From Octopus sinensis (lineage: Eukaryota), in contig NW_021835828.1 of the NCBI RefSeq assembly GCF_006345805.1, forward strand, positions 1-37,674: a stretch of 37,674 nucleotides of DNA, given 5' to 3'. Of the stretch, positions 10,539-21,983 are shown in pieces (positions within the stretch are counted from its first letter, which is position 1; the number at the start of each line of letters is the position of its first letter). Made by a program: the position numbers and the translations under genes. A model generated the notes under the pieces. It was not told the origin of the DNA. It did not search any database and was given only the letters and a program-made list of their open reading frames with translations.

Positions 10539-11797
10539 AAAACATTTATTATTAAAAGAAATAAAATTTAACTTAAGCTAGACTATTTAATTTAGATTCT
10601 CAGTCCCGCTTATTGGAATCTTTCTCCTCCTTTTAGGAGAAGACCTTGCAACCAGTTCCTTCTCACTCTCCATCTCCCAGTCAGATAGATTTTCTATTGT
10701 CTCACATCTTTCACCGGCGTGTCACGGCAGCATGCCACTTCTGCAAGCTGGTAAGCAGCAGAGGCGTATTCTTCGGCAGATACTCTCACTCCATGTCTGT
10801 GTTCAACTACCATGCTTTCTAGAGTCCTTTTTAAAACGACAGATTGAATATAAGTTCTTGTGGCTTTTTCGATCGATAATTTGTCCATATAGTTTTTGAA
10901 ATATCTCGAAACAACACCGTCCCAGGTCAAGACAACCGGGATAATCTTTACCTTTGCATCATAAAGTATCGAAAGTTCGTTTGCGAGCAGATCATATTTA
11001 CGAAATTTCTCGATTTCGACTTGTTTGAGACGATCTTGTGACGTGATGCCAACTTCAATTAAGGTTATCTCTTGTTTGGTTTTGTCATACACGAAGATAT
11101 CTGGTTTGTTGGATTGAACTTTAGTTTCCGTCATGATTGACATATCGACTCTGATTTCAACATTCTGCGTCGATAATATGGACTGAACAGAATGAGTCTT
11201 TAATTTGCTTCCTCTTTTAATACCATAGATTCGACAAAAATGAAGATAAATGCACTTCACAACTTCATCGTGTCTTCGCAGATAATCACTGTTTAAGATT
11301 TGCCCGCACTGCGTGGCCAAATGATCAACTGTTTTCTTGCATTTTTTGGAGTGACTGCATAGAGATCCAATGGATGTGAAAAAATTCCTATCCTGCAAGA
11401 GAGAGTACAATGCTTCCTTTAGATAACCACTCTGAGGATGTAGCTAGATCAACATTTTGTTCGTCTATGCATTTGAATAGCACCGAATGTAGCATTTACA
11501 ATTAATGTTCTTAAGCAAATATTTTCTTTGAGCATCTTTGATAAACTCAACACCCAAATTCTCCATGTCGAGAATTGCATACTTGGAGGCGAGAAATCCT
11601 GCAATTGTGGTCATATGCCATTTATTTATTTGTATCACACGCAGGATTCCCGATCTCCGTAAGCATACTGTCGACTGTCTTTCTAAACTTTTCATGAACT
11701 GGAAAAGTATCAGTTCACTTCTGAAAGAGACTGAAGCAAGTCCTCTCCCAAGAGATTTCCGATTTAAATATAACCTCTCTTTATTTGCAGGTTTGAG
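10539..11797 (-). mobile_element. 5'-truncated RLE-type (R4/Dong-like) non-LTR retrotransposon
   Basis: Thumb motif ERLYLNRKSLGRGL, CCHC knuckle (CSHSKKCKKTVDHLATQC), RHD motif and PD-(D/E)xK nuclease (NKPDIFVYD..LIEVG..K.RKY). Present only in copy B; one frameshift. Confidence 0.9.
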
Positions 11798-12799
11798 TTT
11801 CATAATCCGAAACCCGAAGCGAAAGTCAATTTGAATTTTTCTGATCAACGAGGCTTGACTGTATCCTTATTTCAGCTATCTGGAGGATCATTGAGATATG
11901 CTCGCTGATATTTACACTGTTTATAAGCTACTAAGTAGAAGTGTGTTTTAATTAAAATAATATTTTTTTCATTAATAAATTATCTTAATTTTTTATTAAT
12001 AGAAAACCTAATAAATTATGCCACGTGTGACCACGCTGTTGGCATACCTTGTTGTTCTGCTACATTATTTGGTCGATCCTTATTTTTATTTAATTGGATT
12101 AGAAGGAATATTTTGCGATGCAGTTTCTTTTAATGGATAAATTATCTGAAATTTCATCATTTTGTAATATTTGCGAGTTTATTCTTTCAATCTGTTTACT
12201 TTATTTTTATTTATTGACTTTCACCTTATTTTTTGATAAAAAGTTCTATTCTTAATATTCTTATAGCAGAATTTTATTCATTTGTTCCTGGATTTTTTAA
12301 AATGCGTGGGCTGCTTTTTTTTAATTTGAAAATATTTATTTCTAAATTGAATGGCAATTTCGATCATCCTGTACTTGAACTTTTAGCTGCAGCAATTTCA
12401 AGGCATTCATGCCCCAAATTGACTGCAGCTTTAAATGATCTATTTTTATTTTTGGGACATCTAGGTAATAAAATAACCAATATGTACTTTTTAAATGTCT
12501 TAGCACATATTTCTCGGCTGGTCCGATGGTGGTAACATCGGTTTTGATCTCATGTTTTCCATTTTGAGACAAAATCGATGCTTCTACCAGGTCTCAAACT
12601 ATTTTAATTGCCCTCTAAAACAGAAATATATGTTTTTATAAATTAATGTGTCCAGCATATTAATGGACTCCATCAAAATCTAATTAATATCAATTACGTC
12701 TATATAAAAAGTATCGTACTTTTTTCCCGCATAATTTTAAACCTTTTTTTGATGGTTTTAATGACTTCTGGAAAACTAAGATAGACAAACAAACTTAAC

Positions 12800-14280
12800 C
12801 TCATTTTTGAAAATTATTGATTAATCTATTGATCAATAACAGGAACCGAAAGAAAACAAGGAAAGATGGTTAACGGGGAGATTAAACAAGGCACCGAAGT
12901 GTCTTTTTATAGTCAGTGTTGACAACTTTTCTCCAAGACCATCCGGATTGTGGTCACAGATGATTCTCGCAAGCTGCGAGACGTCTCTTTGAAGTTCCAC
13001 ACATCCCGTTAGGCGGTTTCCACAGCGAACAGAAGATTTCCTTCCACATAAGAAGTTTTCTAGCCATCAATAGGTCTTTTATCCGGCTCCTTCTTCATTT
13101 TCTCGCCTGTTTTTTAAAGATTTTCCAGAATGTTCATATTTTGCTGGTCATCTTCCGAGCATTCATTTTTTTCGTAATTTATCTCTTCTTCTGAGTCAGT
13201 TCTATTTAATGCCATTAATGCGTTTATTTCATTTTTGTCTGGTTTTTTTTAATTTTCATAAAACTTTGAAAATGAATATTCCTGGTCGTGTCATGCTTTG
13301 TTCGATTGTAATCATATACAATCCTCTTTATAACGTAAACACCAAAACTTCCAGTTGAAACATTTGTTGAGGATATCCATCTTTTTGTTGATTGGTTGAA
13401 CCTTTTTATTATAGCTTAAAAAAACCTTTCAACTTGTCCTTGTACCCAAGGTCCTCCACACATATGCTTTATTTTAAAAAATTCACACAGCTTATCTATT
13501 TCAGAAATCTGAAATTCCCTTCCGTTATCTGCTTGGAGAATGACGGGTTCTCCAATAACGTAGAATATATTCTTAAGTAGAGATGAAATATATTCTTAAG
13601 TAGAGATGAAAATTCATTGCTAGTTGTACAGCAGCATACTTAGTGAATGAGTCAACGACCACTAGAACCTTCATATAAATAATTATTGAAGTTTACCTAA
13701 TTTTTTTGACTAGATAATAAATAAATAGCCAATACTTGTTAATAAACACAGTTGTTTAAAACAAAGCGGATATCTTCTCTCATTATGCTGTAGTAACTAT
13801 TCCTCCATATACTACTAAGTCTATCTCGGCCAAAATGGTTTTTATTATGCTCAGACTTCAATGGAGCAGATACACTACCTCAATTATCTTTAATTTAAGT
13901 CCCTTATCTTCAACTGTAAGGAACCGTAATTTTAGGTCACCCTTCTATAAAAACGCTTTATTATCTTCAAAAACAAATTTTTGCGATAGCTCTTTTAATA
14001 GTTGTTTCTTGTCTGATGAATTTGATGAACTTTGAAATTTCTCAATTTTTCAAGTTGTTCCCTAGTCAATTCCAACAAACGAATGTATCCAGGAGTACAT
14101 CGTCCTGGAACGAAAATTTCGCCAGAGGAGCGAGTTTTGATGATTCTTTTCCGGTGGAAATTAGGTACCCCTGAGCGTTTCCAAATACTTCTGAATTACG
14201 AGTTCTTGAATACGTTGAATGACTGGCGCGAAAAACTGGGCCGTTTTACTGGAGTGTTAAGTGGACTAAAGTATTCGTGA
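12800..14280 (-). mobile_element. Decayed Gypsy/Ginger-type retroviral-like integrase
   Basis: H2C2 region (NHFGRDRL..YYSIMREDIRFVLNNC), rve core (GEPVILQADNGREF, PWVQGQVERF) and YNRTKHDTT. A 23-bp exact tandem duplication lies at 13564-13609. A related fragment lies at about 9960-10060. Confidence 0.75.
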
Positions 14281-15664
14281 ATGTGAACAGCCTTGATGAC
14301 ATAATTCAAAAAACAATTTAGCACCACAGTATACATATATTCTATCCAATTAGACACGATAATTTTCGTTTTACATCAACACTCAAATCCAACACCTCAT
14401 AAGAAGGCTTGACATCAAAGACAAGTTTCGAGTATTATCCACGTCCATTGGCCACAAACTCGAGCTGAGATTGATCCCCAGGCTGATCACGTGTCCAGTA
14501 TTTATCATTTGTATATGCAATTATAAAAGGAGTTACATTCGATGCGCACATGTGCTTCTCTCCACACGTGGACAACATTTTAATGAAAAAGGAAGGGCAA
14601 CGTCTTGAAGTGTCTCTCTGGACTTTGGAAGTTTGGAAAGCACCCGGTACTTGGATGTTTATATATCCAAGTACATTTTACCTTGTTTCTTGTATGCATG
14701 CAAGGTGGAGTAAATTATTGCAAAACCACCAAAAAATTTGAAAGATTTGGTATTTTTTCAATATTTATCGGTTTAGTTTCTCTGTCAAATTTTAAATTTT
14801 TCAGTTATGTTTTTATACAATTTTTTTGTTTTTTCTACTTGCATCAGTCCGGCACGACATGCTGAAGATTAAAGAAACTTTTATGATCAATTATGTCGCG
14901 AGCCAAAAATGAAACCGAGCCGAGACAGATGTTTTCAATGTCTATCCTTGTCAAAAATAAGATAATCAAATATTTTTCCGAGAAAACATTAACTAATTAT
15001 TTTTAAGTATTTTTTAAGGCGTTTAGAACGCATCTTTCTCACTATCTCTTAAGTATTTTTTTAAGGCGACTCATCTAATTTAGTTAACTTCTCTTTTTTC
15101 TTGATTAAAATAGTAGGGCACTTTTATACTTTATATCAATGAGGACCACAAACGTCGTGATTTCGGACACGTGAATGCAGTTCTCTGCTTCCACGTCGTG
15201 ATTTCGGACAAGGTCTACAGTGCCAGAGAAGAGAAGGAAGAAGGGGAGGAGGTGCGTGGAGTGCCACCTTCTGCTCACTTCGAAGGCTCTGGACTTAGTT
15301 AGTAAAATTACTTAGTTAATTAGTCTCTTTTAAATAAAGTTTTGTTACATAAATGATAGAAAGTTAATTTTAATTATTCATGTAAAAAAGTGAATATAAT
15401 CCCCGATGTGTTTGCGATATATACTACTATATAAACTTTCTTGGCATAAAAAAGAAACCAGAGAATATATCCAGACGGCCGTAATTTAAAGAATATTGTA
15501 GAGAACATGAAAATGAAGGAGAAGGTTGTGCTTATTTAAAAAAATCAATTATTTACTTCAAAAGAAAAGAATTAATATAATTAACGGTTACATATAAATA
15601 ACTGCTTAGGTAATTTAAAGATTAAATCTGATTAAATAGAAAAATTTAAGTTCCAAGCAAAGTA

Positions 15665-17464
15665 CAGTAGACTATCCATTTAACGAAAAAAAATTTAACG
15701 AAAATATTCATTTTACGAAAGTCAAAATATTTTTTTACGTTTTTCCTTAGATAAATTCAAAAATAAAATTTTTTTTCTTTGTATTAGTGAATATTTAAAT
15801 ATATTTAACGAATATTTAAATAACGAAAATTAAAATTTTTGATAAAATTTTAAAATAATTTTTCCTCGCTATTTCTTTGTAGTAAACCATGTGTGCAAGG
15901 GTGAACAATATGAAGAAAAAAAGAAAAACTTATCAAATTCAACAAAAACTGGAAGTTATTGATTTCAAGAAGAATAATCCTGCTGTTACTCAAGAAAATT
16001 TGGCTCAGCGGTTTAATATGCCTATTGGAGTGATCAATTCAACGTTGAAGAAAATGCAATTGTATGGATCAAGGCGTCACAAACAAAAAAAGAATATTAC
16101 ATTTAAAAGTTGTACTGATAAGATATATGAACCATTATATGCATGGATTCAGAACAAACGTTTCTGTAATCACACCATAACTAATGTAATGGTACGCGAA
16201 ATGGCACTCAAAATTGCTCAACGATTTTATATGAAAATTTCAAAGCATCTCACCCATGGATTTCACGCTTTAAGAAAGAGTATAAAATAAAAACACTCAC
16301 GATTTCTGGAGAACAATTAGTGGATCCCGTTTTGCTTATAGATTCATATGAACGCTTTGCAGCCATGTTAAAAAAATATGGATCGAAAAATTTTTACAAT
16401 GCTGCGATGAAACTGCCCTTTTTTTCAAATGTACTCCAAAAAAACATTAGTTCTTGACTCCGAATCAAGGGCTTCAGGAAAATTTTCTAAAGAACGAATA
16501 ACACTGTTATTATGCACAAATATGGAAGGAGATAAAGAGCATCCGTTGGTAATCGGAAAATTCAAAAATCCTCATGGTTTTAAAAATATTAATATGAATA
16601 ATCTTGGGATTCAATATGCAAATAGCAATAAATCTTGGATGACCAGTTTAATTTTTAAAAACTGGGTTGAACGGTTAAATTCCAAAATGAGTGTGGAAAA
16701 TAGAAAGATTTTGCTTCTTTTAGATAATGCGCCAGTTCACTATTTTGATGGCGAATTCAGTAATATCGAATTGTATTTTCTTCCTCCAAAGACAACATCT
16801 AAGATTCAACCAATTGATCAAGGGATTGTGCATTCATTTAAATCGTTGTATAAAAAAGGAATGACTAGAAATTTGAGTATGGGAACAAATATAGGAACAT
16901 TGTCATATACAGATGAACTTACCAAATTCAAATTAGTGAATGCTCTACCTTTAATTATTGAGGCTTGGAACGAAGTCACAGTGGACTATCAAAAATTGCT
17001 TTAACAAGGCATTAAATAATTGGGCGAAGATAGATGAAAAAATACTTGAAGAATCCACTGACGAAAAAGGTATTAAATTTAAATCACCTTACAATTAAAG
17101 ATAATAAAAGTGAAATTATGATTGAGTTTCCTGTGTGCACCTGTCGTCTGCGAAGAAAACGCGTATCTTGATACAATACAATGTGAGGAAGAAAATGAGC
17201 ATGAAGAAATAGATAGCACAAATGACAATCCCATTGGTTATGCAGATGCACTTAAATATTTGGAAAATATTGAAAAATATTTTTTGCAAGAATCTGGTGA
17301 ACATATTCACCTAATTACAAATTTGAGAAATATATTGGCAAAAATTAAAAAGAAGGAACCTAAAATTACCGATTACATGACACATTTTTAATTAAACAAT
17401 TTTTTTCGTTAAATTCATTTAACGAATGCTCAATTTTCATTTTCGTTAAATGAATAGTCTACTG
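15665..17464 (+). mobile_element. Full-length Tigger/pogo DNA transposon (1800 bp); frameshifted transposase at about 15889-17391
   Basis: 24-bp TIRs CAGTAGACTAT(C/T)CATTTAACGAAA with TA on both sides. HTH-psq/CENP-B N-terminus, DDE_1 motifs (KERITLLLCTN, LLLLDNAPVH, LPPKTTSKIQPIDQGI) and a KITDY C-terminus. Confidence 0.95.
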
Positions 17465-17763
17465 TATATATAATGAAGATTTGGAGGTCTATGTTGATCA
17501 GCACACACGACCCCACCCACTGTTTCTGCCTTCGAATCGCTAGTTATGACTGTTATTTGTTCCTGAGTTTCATCTATGATAACAACTTGGGGGGTCATTA
17601 AAAAGAAAAGTGTTGAGAAATACAAACAAACAAATCTTCTATGTCAATTGCTGATAATGTTTGAATATTTTCTAGTTTGAAATATATAAATTAACAATTT
17701 TATTTAAAATATAAACAAAATAATTTATTGTTTCCCAAATTCGCTTCTGGTTTATTGTGTTCG

Positions 17764-19272
17764 ATGGCTGATAAAAACTACACTTTAAAACACACAAAAA
17801 GTCTATCTGAATACGCAAAATATTTAAGCAAAAAAAACACAAAAAAGCCAGAGAAAACAACAGCCGAACCCTTAAAGCAGGGGTTCTCAACTTTTTAGCT
17901 CAAGGGCCAAATCGATAATTAAGATTATTCACGGGCCGCAAAAAAATATTTTATATATTTTTATATTTTCCAATCCAGTAACTCGTTTGCAATCCGAAGT
18001 GCAGCCCTGCTGATGCGTAATGAGTTTTTTACTCTTTTAATTTCCATTTCCTTTATAAAAATAAAAAGCTAAAAATCTACAAAAGGCGTTGTTGTAACTA
18101 AAAAGAAAGTATTATTTCTTTATTAAGTTTTGAAATCGGAATAAGTAAAGTCGAAGAAGTTCGTAAAAGCTGACTCAGTGATTATCCGTGAGCTTGTTAC
18201 GATATTTATTTTTTATTCGAATCATTTTACTAAATATTGATTCGCATAAATATGTAGATTTAACATTGATATATTCATATATTCATTGTGTGTTATATTT
18301 TTGATTTGTCTTGAGGAATTATTCGTAAAAATTAATAATAGACGCATTTTTGAACAATCCGCCAGTTCTATATCATGTTGTAAATTAATGAGTTCTAGTT
18401 GAATTTTGCAGGCGCATCCTTTAATTTCCACGCTGAATGGAGTTGCAAAATTTTCATTAAGGAAGGAATTCTTTGAAATTCTAAAAATTAAATTTATATA
18501 AATGTACCCCAAAACGTGCTTCAAATTGATTAATTAAATCACCAATATGGATATGTTTAACCTTAAGAATAAATAATTAAATTTAGACATTATTAAAAAA
18601 TTAAAAAGTTAGTTACTCGAGGGGCCGCAAAAAAATCCTGGGGGCCACATGCGGCCGGGGGCCGCATTTGAGAACCGCTGCCTTAAAGCAAAGAGATTTG
18701 AAGGTAATGAACATGACTGACCCTAACAGCCTGATTTGGACTCCAAATTAGGGCAAATCCGTATGGTGACAGCCTCGGCACCCACCTCTTCCCAACCAGG
18801 GTACTAAAAGTGAAACACGCAGATATTTTTGCGAGGTTTGTGACTGCCTGATAAAGGACTCGACCAACTACCTCGACCATATTAACGGAAAAAAGCGTAT
18901 TCCTCAAATGTGACCTCTGCAGACCAGAAGAACCTGGGAATGTCGATGAAGGTGGAAAAGTCGACCGTCTCCCAAGTGCGTGAGCGAATCGAGGCCAATC
19001 GGATGTCGAGGCATGTCCCCGAGTACGACATTCATGAACGACTGGCAGTGTTGTTAGAGGAGAAGGAGAAGAGGAAGGAGAGATAGGAGAGGAGGAGGAA
19101 GGAGATGAAGGACAAGAAGAAGAGAGCAGTGGAAGTTGATGCAGATGGGGCGTATATTGCTTCTGTCCTCGGCTTCTCCTCCTTTGGTAAACGCACGGTC
19201 AATGCCCCCGATGAAATTGAGGAACCCGATGTCGCCAAAATTATGGGATTTTCCGGTTTCGGTAAGCAGTGA
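17764..19272 (+). pseudogene. ZMAT2: Zinc finger matrin-type protein 2 (spliceosomal Snu23), disrupted by a hAT insertion and an in-frame TAG
   Basis: Removing 17878-18688 (element plus one TSD copy) and introns 18704-18729, 18801-18822 and 18897-18922 gives ...PLKQRDLKPDLDSKLG...[40 protein letters not shown]...MGFSGFGKQ*. TAG at 19084-19086. Confidence 0.9.
17878..18680 (-). mobile_element. Internally deleted Buster/SPIN (GTF2IRD2-like) hAT element, 803 bp
   Basis: TIRs CAG(G/C)GGTTCTCAA and a perfect 8-bp TSD CCTTAAAG (17870-17877 and 18681-18688, central TA). Contains a remnant of the transposase C-terminus (FATPFSVE..CKIQLELINLQ). Confidence 0.95.
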
Positions 19273-19352
19273 CAGTCAACCAACGTTGTCCTTACTTTAG
19301 TAACGTGTTAATTACCAACTGAGTATTAACCAATTATTATGATTGCATAGGC

Positions 19353-19610
19353 CAGTGGTGATTTTTGGTCGATTTCATTTTGCGATTTTTGATCGATCGA
19401 CTTGTTTATTTTAATAACAAAATTTTTATCTTATAATTAAAAGTTGATGGGATTTTTGGAATTGTAATTCTCATATGAGCTTAGAGCTATTCTCATGCAA
19501 TCGGCAAGATGATTATCCGTTAAACGGGTCCTGTATTGAGATTTGATCAAATAAAAAAATCTAATTAGCAATTTACATGTCGAAAGCGATCGACTGGTTG
19601 TTCACTCCTG
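19353..19610 (-). mobile_element. 258-bp non-autonomous hAT element
   Basis: Ends CAGTGGTGA / CAGGAGTGA, gatcgatcgac-type subterminal motifs and TSD gcataggc/gcatagga. Internal KSQYRTRLTDNHLADCMRIALS is a hAT C-terminal motif. Confidence 0.7.
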
Positions 19611-19619
19611 GCATAGGAT

Positions 19620-21420
19620 AATTCAGTACTAAATGCTTTTGTATTATATGTGACGTATTCAATTCCTTTTTGAGATTACTTTAATGTTAGTTTGATTAAT
19701 TTCAAATCATGGTTGGAGTCATAGAACCACTGTCCACGTCGTATAGACGTTCGATTAGACTGCGTAGGATTTGGACGGTTAAAAGTTCGGCTTCAAAGCG
19801 AATTTCTTCCTTCCCAATGAGAGTCCTCTGTAGTTTATCAAGTTCATTATTCTGGTTTTACCGTGAAAGTTGTATTTATTGATCGAAAATGTTATTTTAT
19901 TTGTAGGAAAAAATTAGATGCTGGCTGTTTATTCACTCCTCCAATGAATCAATTACCATTAAAACCAAATTATCATTAACCATGGCTGTATATTATGGAA
20001 ATACCGGGGCAATCACCTGCTATGGGTATCAGTCACTACCTTTTGTTCAGAACCCATAGCTTCTCCCATCGTATCATAACATTGGCAGAAGAAAACTTTT
20101 TAAATTCTAATTACCGCAAAAAACTTGAACTGTTATAAAATCCCGTAAACCTTCAAATTTCAATCCATGCCGGAATATCCCACGAATAGTCGGGAAGCGT
20201 GGACCATCCTTATAAATTATGAGAAGGTAATTCAACCTATCAAATACATTTTTTTTCACAAATTACGTCAACTTCCTCTTCGACATCACAGTCATCTTAA
20301 ACGCAACGTTGCCATACTCATATTACGGCATGCGTAAACCTAATATTCACAAGTTAATAATTTATATCACAGTCCAAAGCTGCTAGGCGAGGTTTTAAAA
20401 TATTAATAAATTTTTATAAAAATTACATTTCTGAAGTTCTTTTGTTGTTCTCTTGAGTAAATATCTAAAATTATTAATTTTTTTATTATTTAAAAGATCG
20501 TGCTTTTTCGCAAAACAACATAGCATCAAAATCATTAATTGAACGTAGCGTTTTATGATTTTATTTAAATTTCCACGGAAAATGATGTAGAAAGGGGACC
20601 TCCTACCTTCCCTTGATCGGTAGGAGGCTGACAAATAGGAACTGGGTATACCAAATATTCTCCACCTCTCCATCAGTGTTTGTTACTTTATATCTTTGTG
20701 TTGAAACTTGGTCGTATAGGAGCCCTGACGTCTCGCAGCTCTGGACTGTGACAATTTATAATAAAAATATAAATAATAAACCAAATTGGGTCAAAATCCA
20801 GTTTATTTACTCACCCCTGTCTCTATATTTAGTAGTTCTTAAAGCTTGTGTAACTCATATTAACAATAGGATATGCAAAGTTATAGGCAGGATATACTCT
20901 AAAATGGAGGAATATGATTATACTTGTATTCAAGTCCTGTACGTACATGGGATCATTCTTGAAACGATAAGAAGTCTTTCATACAGCCATTTAAATGTTT
21001 CATGTTAATTTGGGCTTGCACCAATGAAGCTAGCCCATCAAGGGTGCCAAAATGGTCGGAAGTATGACTCAAAATATCAAAATCAACTCCAATAACTTCC
21101 AACTCTTTTAAAATCACTTGATTTATAAATAAATGTTTTTTACTTTTAAAAAAGAGTCTTTTTAAAAAAATTATTTCAACAAATGTAATTATCATCATTT
21201 TTTGATGGAAAACTTTCAAAAATGATTGAATTTCACCACGAATGCACAAATTTCCTTCGCCATTAAGGATTTTTAATGTGTTCATGTGTTTTTTAATTGG
21301 TTGAACAACCATTCGATATGCTTAAAGCTTTGACAATTTTATTTAACTGCAATTTTCATATCAACGATGTAAAAAAGTAAAAATTACTAATTTTTTAGAT
21401 AAGATGACCAGAAACCTGAA
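19620..21420 (-). pseudogene. Cytosolic glutamyl-tRNA synthetase (GluRS domain of EPRS) pseudogene with micro-introns
   Basis: Motifs in order: ILKELEV..SHTSDHF, AQINMKHLNGCMKD, HVRTG.EYK|VYPAYNFAYPIV, VTQALRTTKYRDR, TVMSKRKL, GPRFPTIRGIFRHG, WEKLWVLNK|VIAP. Many stops and frameshifts and a ~55-codon deletion. The outer boundaries are approximate. Confidence 0.9.
20365..20753. mobile_element. 389-bp element with 19-bp TIRs and a 5-bp TSD, inside a GluRS intron (Ginger-like MITE or solo LTR)
   Basis: T(A/G)TCACAGTCCA(A/G)AGCTGC inverted termini, ATTTA at 20360-20364 and 20754-20758. Removing it restores a 48-nt GT-AG intron between F-G|G-L-R. Confidence 0.8.
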
Positions 21421-21983
21421 TATTTTTGAGCTGTAATTGTAAAAAAATGTCGAAAACTTTACTATCAAATGTTTTAAAAATATCGTAAGTTGTTGTTTCA
21501 GACTGAAACTTTTGGAATAATGTTTCCACAGCTAAATTTTGTCTAAATCGAAGTTTTCATTCAAAGCAATTATTATTCCAGGCAGAGATCCTACAAAGTG
21601 TTTCTAAAACTGAGATATTTCAGCCTAAAACTGTTCCAAATCAAAATTGGACTGCATTATTTTATTAGGAAAGGTTTTTTTGACCTTTGATTTTTTTAAA
21701 TGATTGTACTGATCACAGAATCGTGATGTATATATTGAATATAAAAATAGAATAGCTAAACAAAATGTTAAATAAGTAAGTATTAATTCATGAAAAATGG
21801 AAGAATATGAATACCTTCTTATTATTTTTATAGCTTTAATCAGCTTTATAAATTGACAAGAACTTAATTACACAAAAAAAGGATATAAAAAGAATCAACA
21901 CACCACTCATATCGAATTTCACGGGAATTAATATTTTCGACTACTCGTAATCAGCACTTCAAGAGTATGGGTTTCCTCTATAC

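Larger units (their letters stand above)
8805..13270 (+). repeat. Segmental duplication, copy B
   Basis: See copy A. Lacks the Merlin element, carries the 1259-bp RLE retroelement, and retains ~250 bp (about 9764-10015) deleted in copy A. Confidence 0.95.

Noticed and set aside
15120-15340. Solo LTR or retroelement 3' end with an 18-bp direct repeat (acgtcgtgatttcggaca)
   Set aside because: The repeat is real, but no termini, TSD or protein motif could be defined.
17878-18688. hAT insertion spliced out as an introner-like intron, rescuing ZMAT2
   Set aside because: The GT near the left end joined to the AG in the right TSD gives a frameshift, 800 nt is far outside the intron size class, and the downstream TAG remains.
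19084-19086. TAG or TAA reassigned to Gln (ciliate- or Iotanema-type code)
   Set aside because: All 9 Gln codons in the intact RPS3 are CAA/CAG, and RPS3 and I29 end naturally at TAA. GluRS stops fall on Trp and Arg as well as Gln positions, and ZMAT2 is already disrupted by a TE. A single CAG>TAG mutation is simpler.
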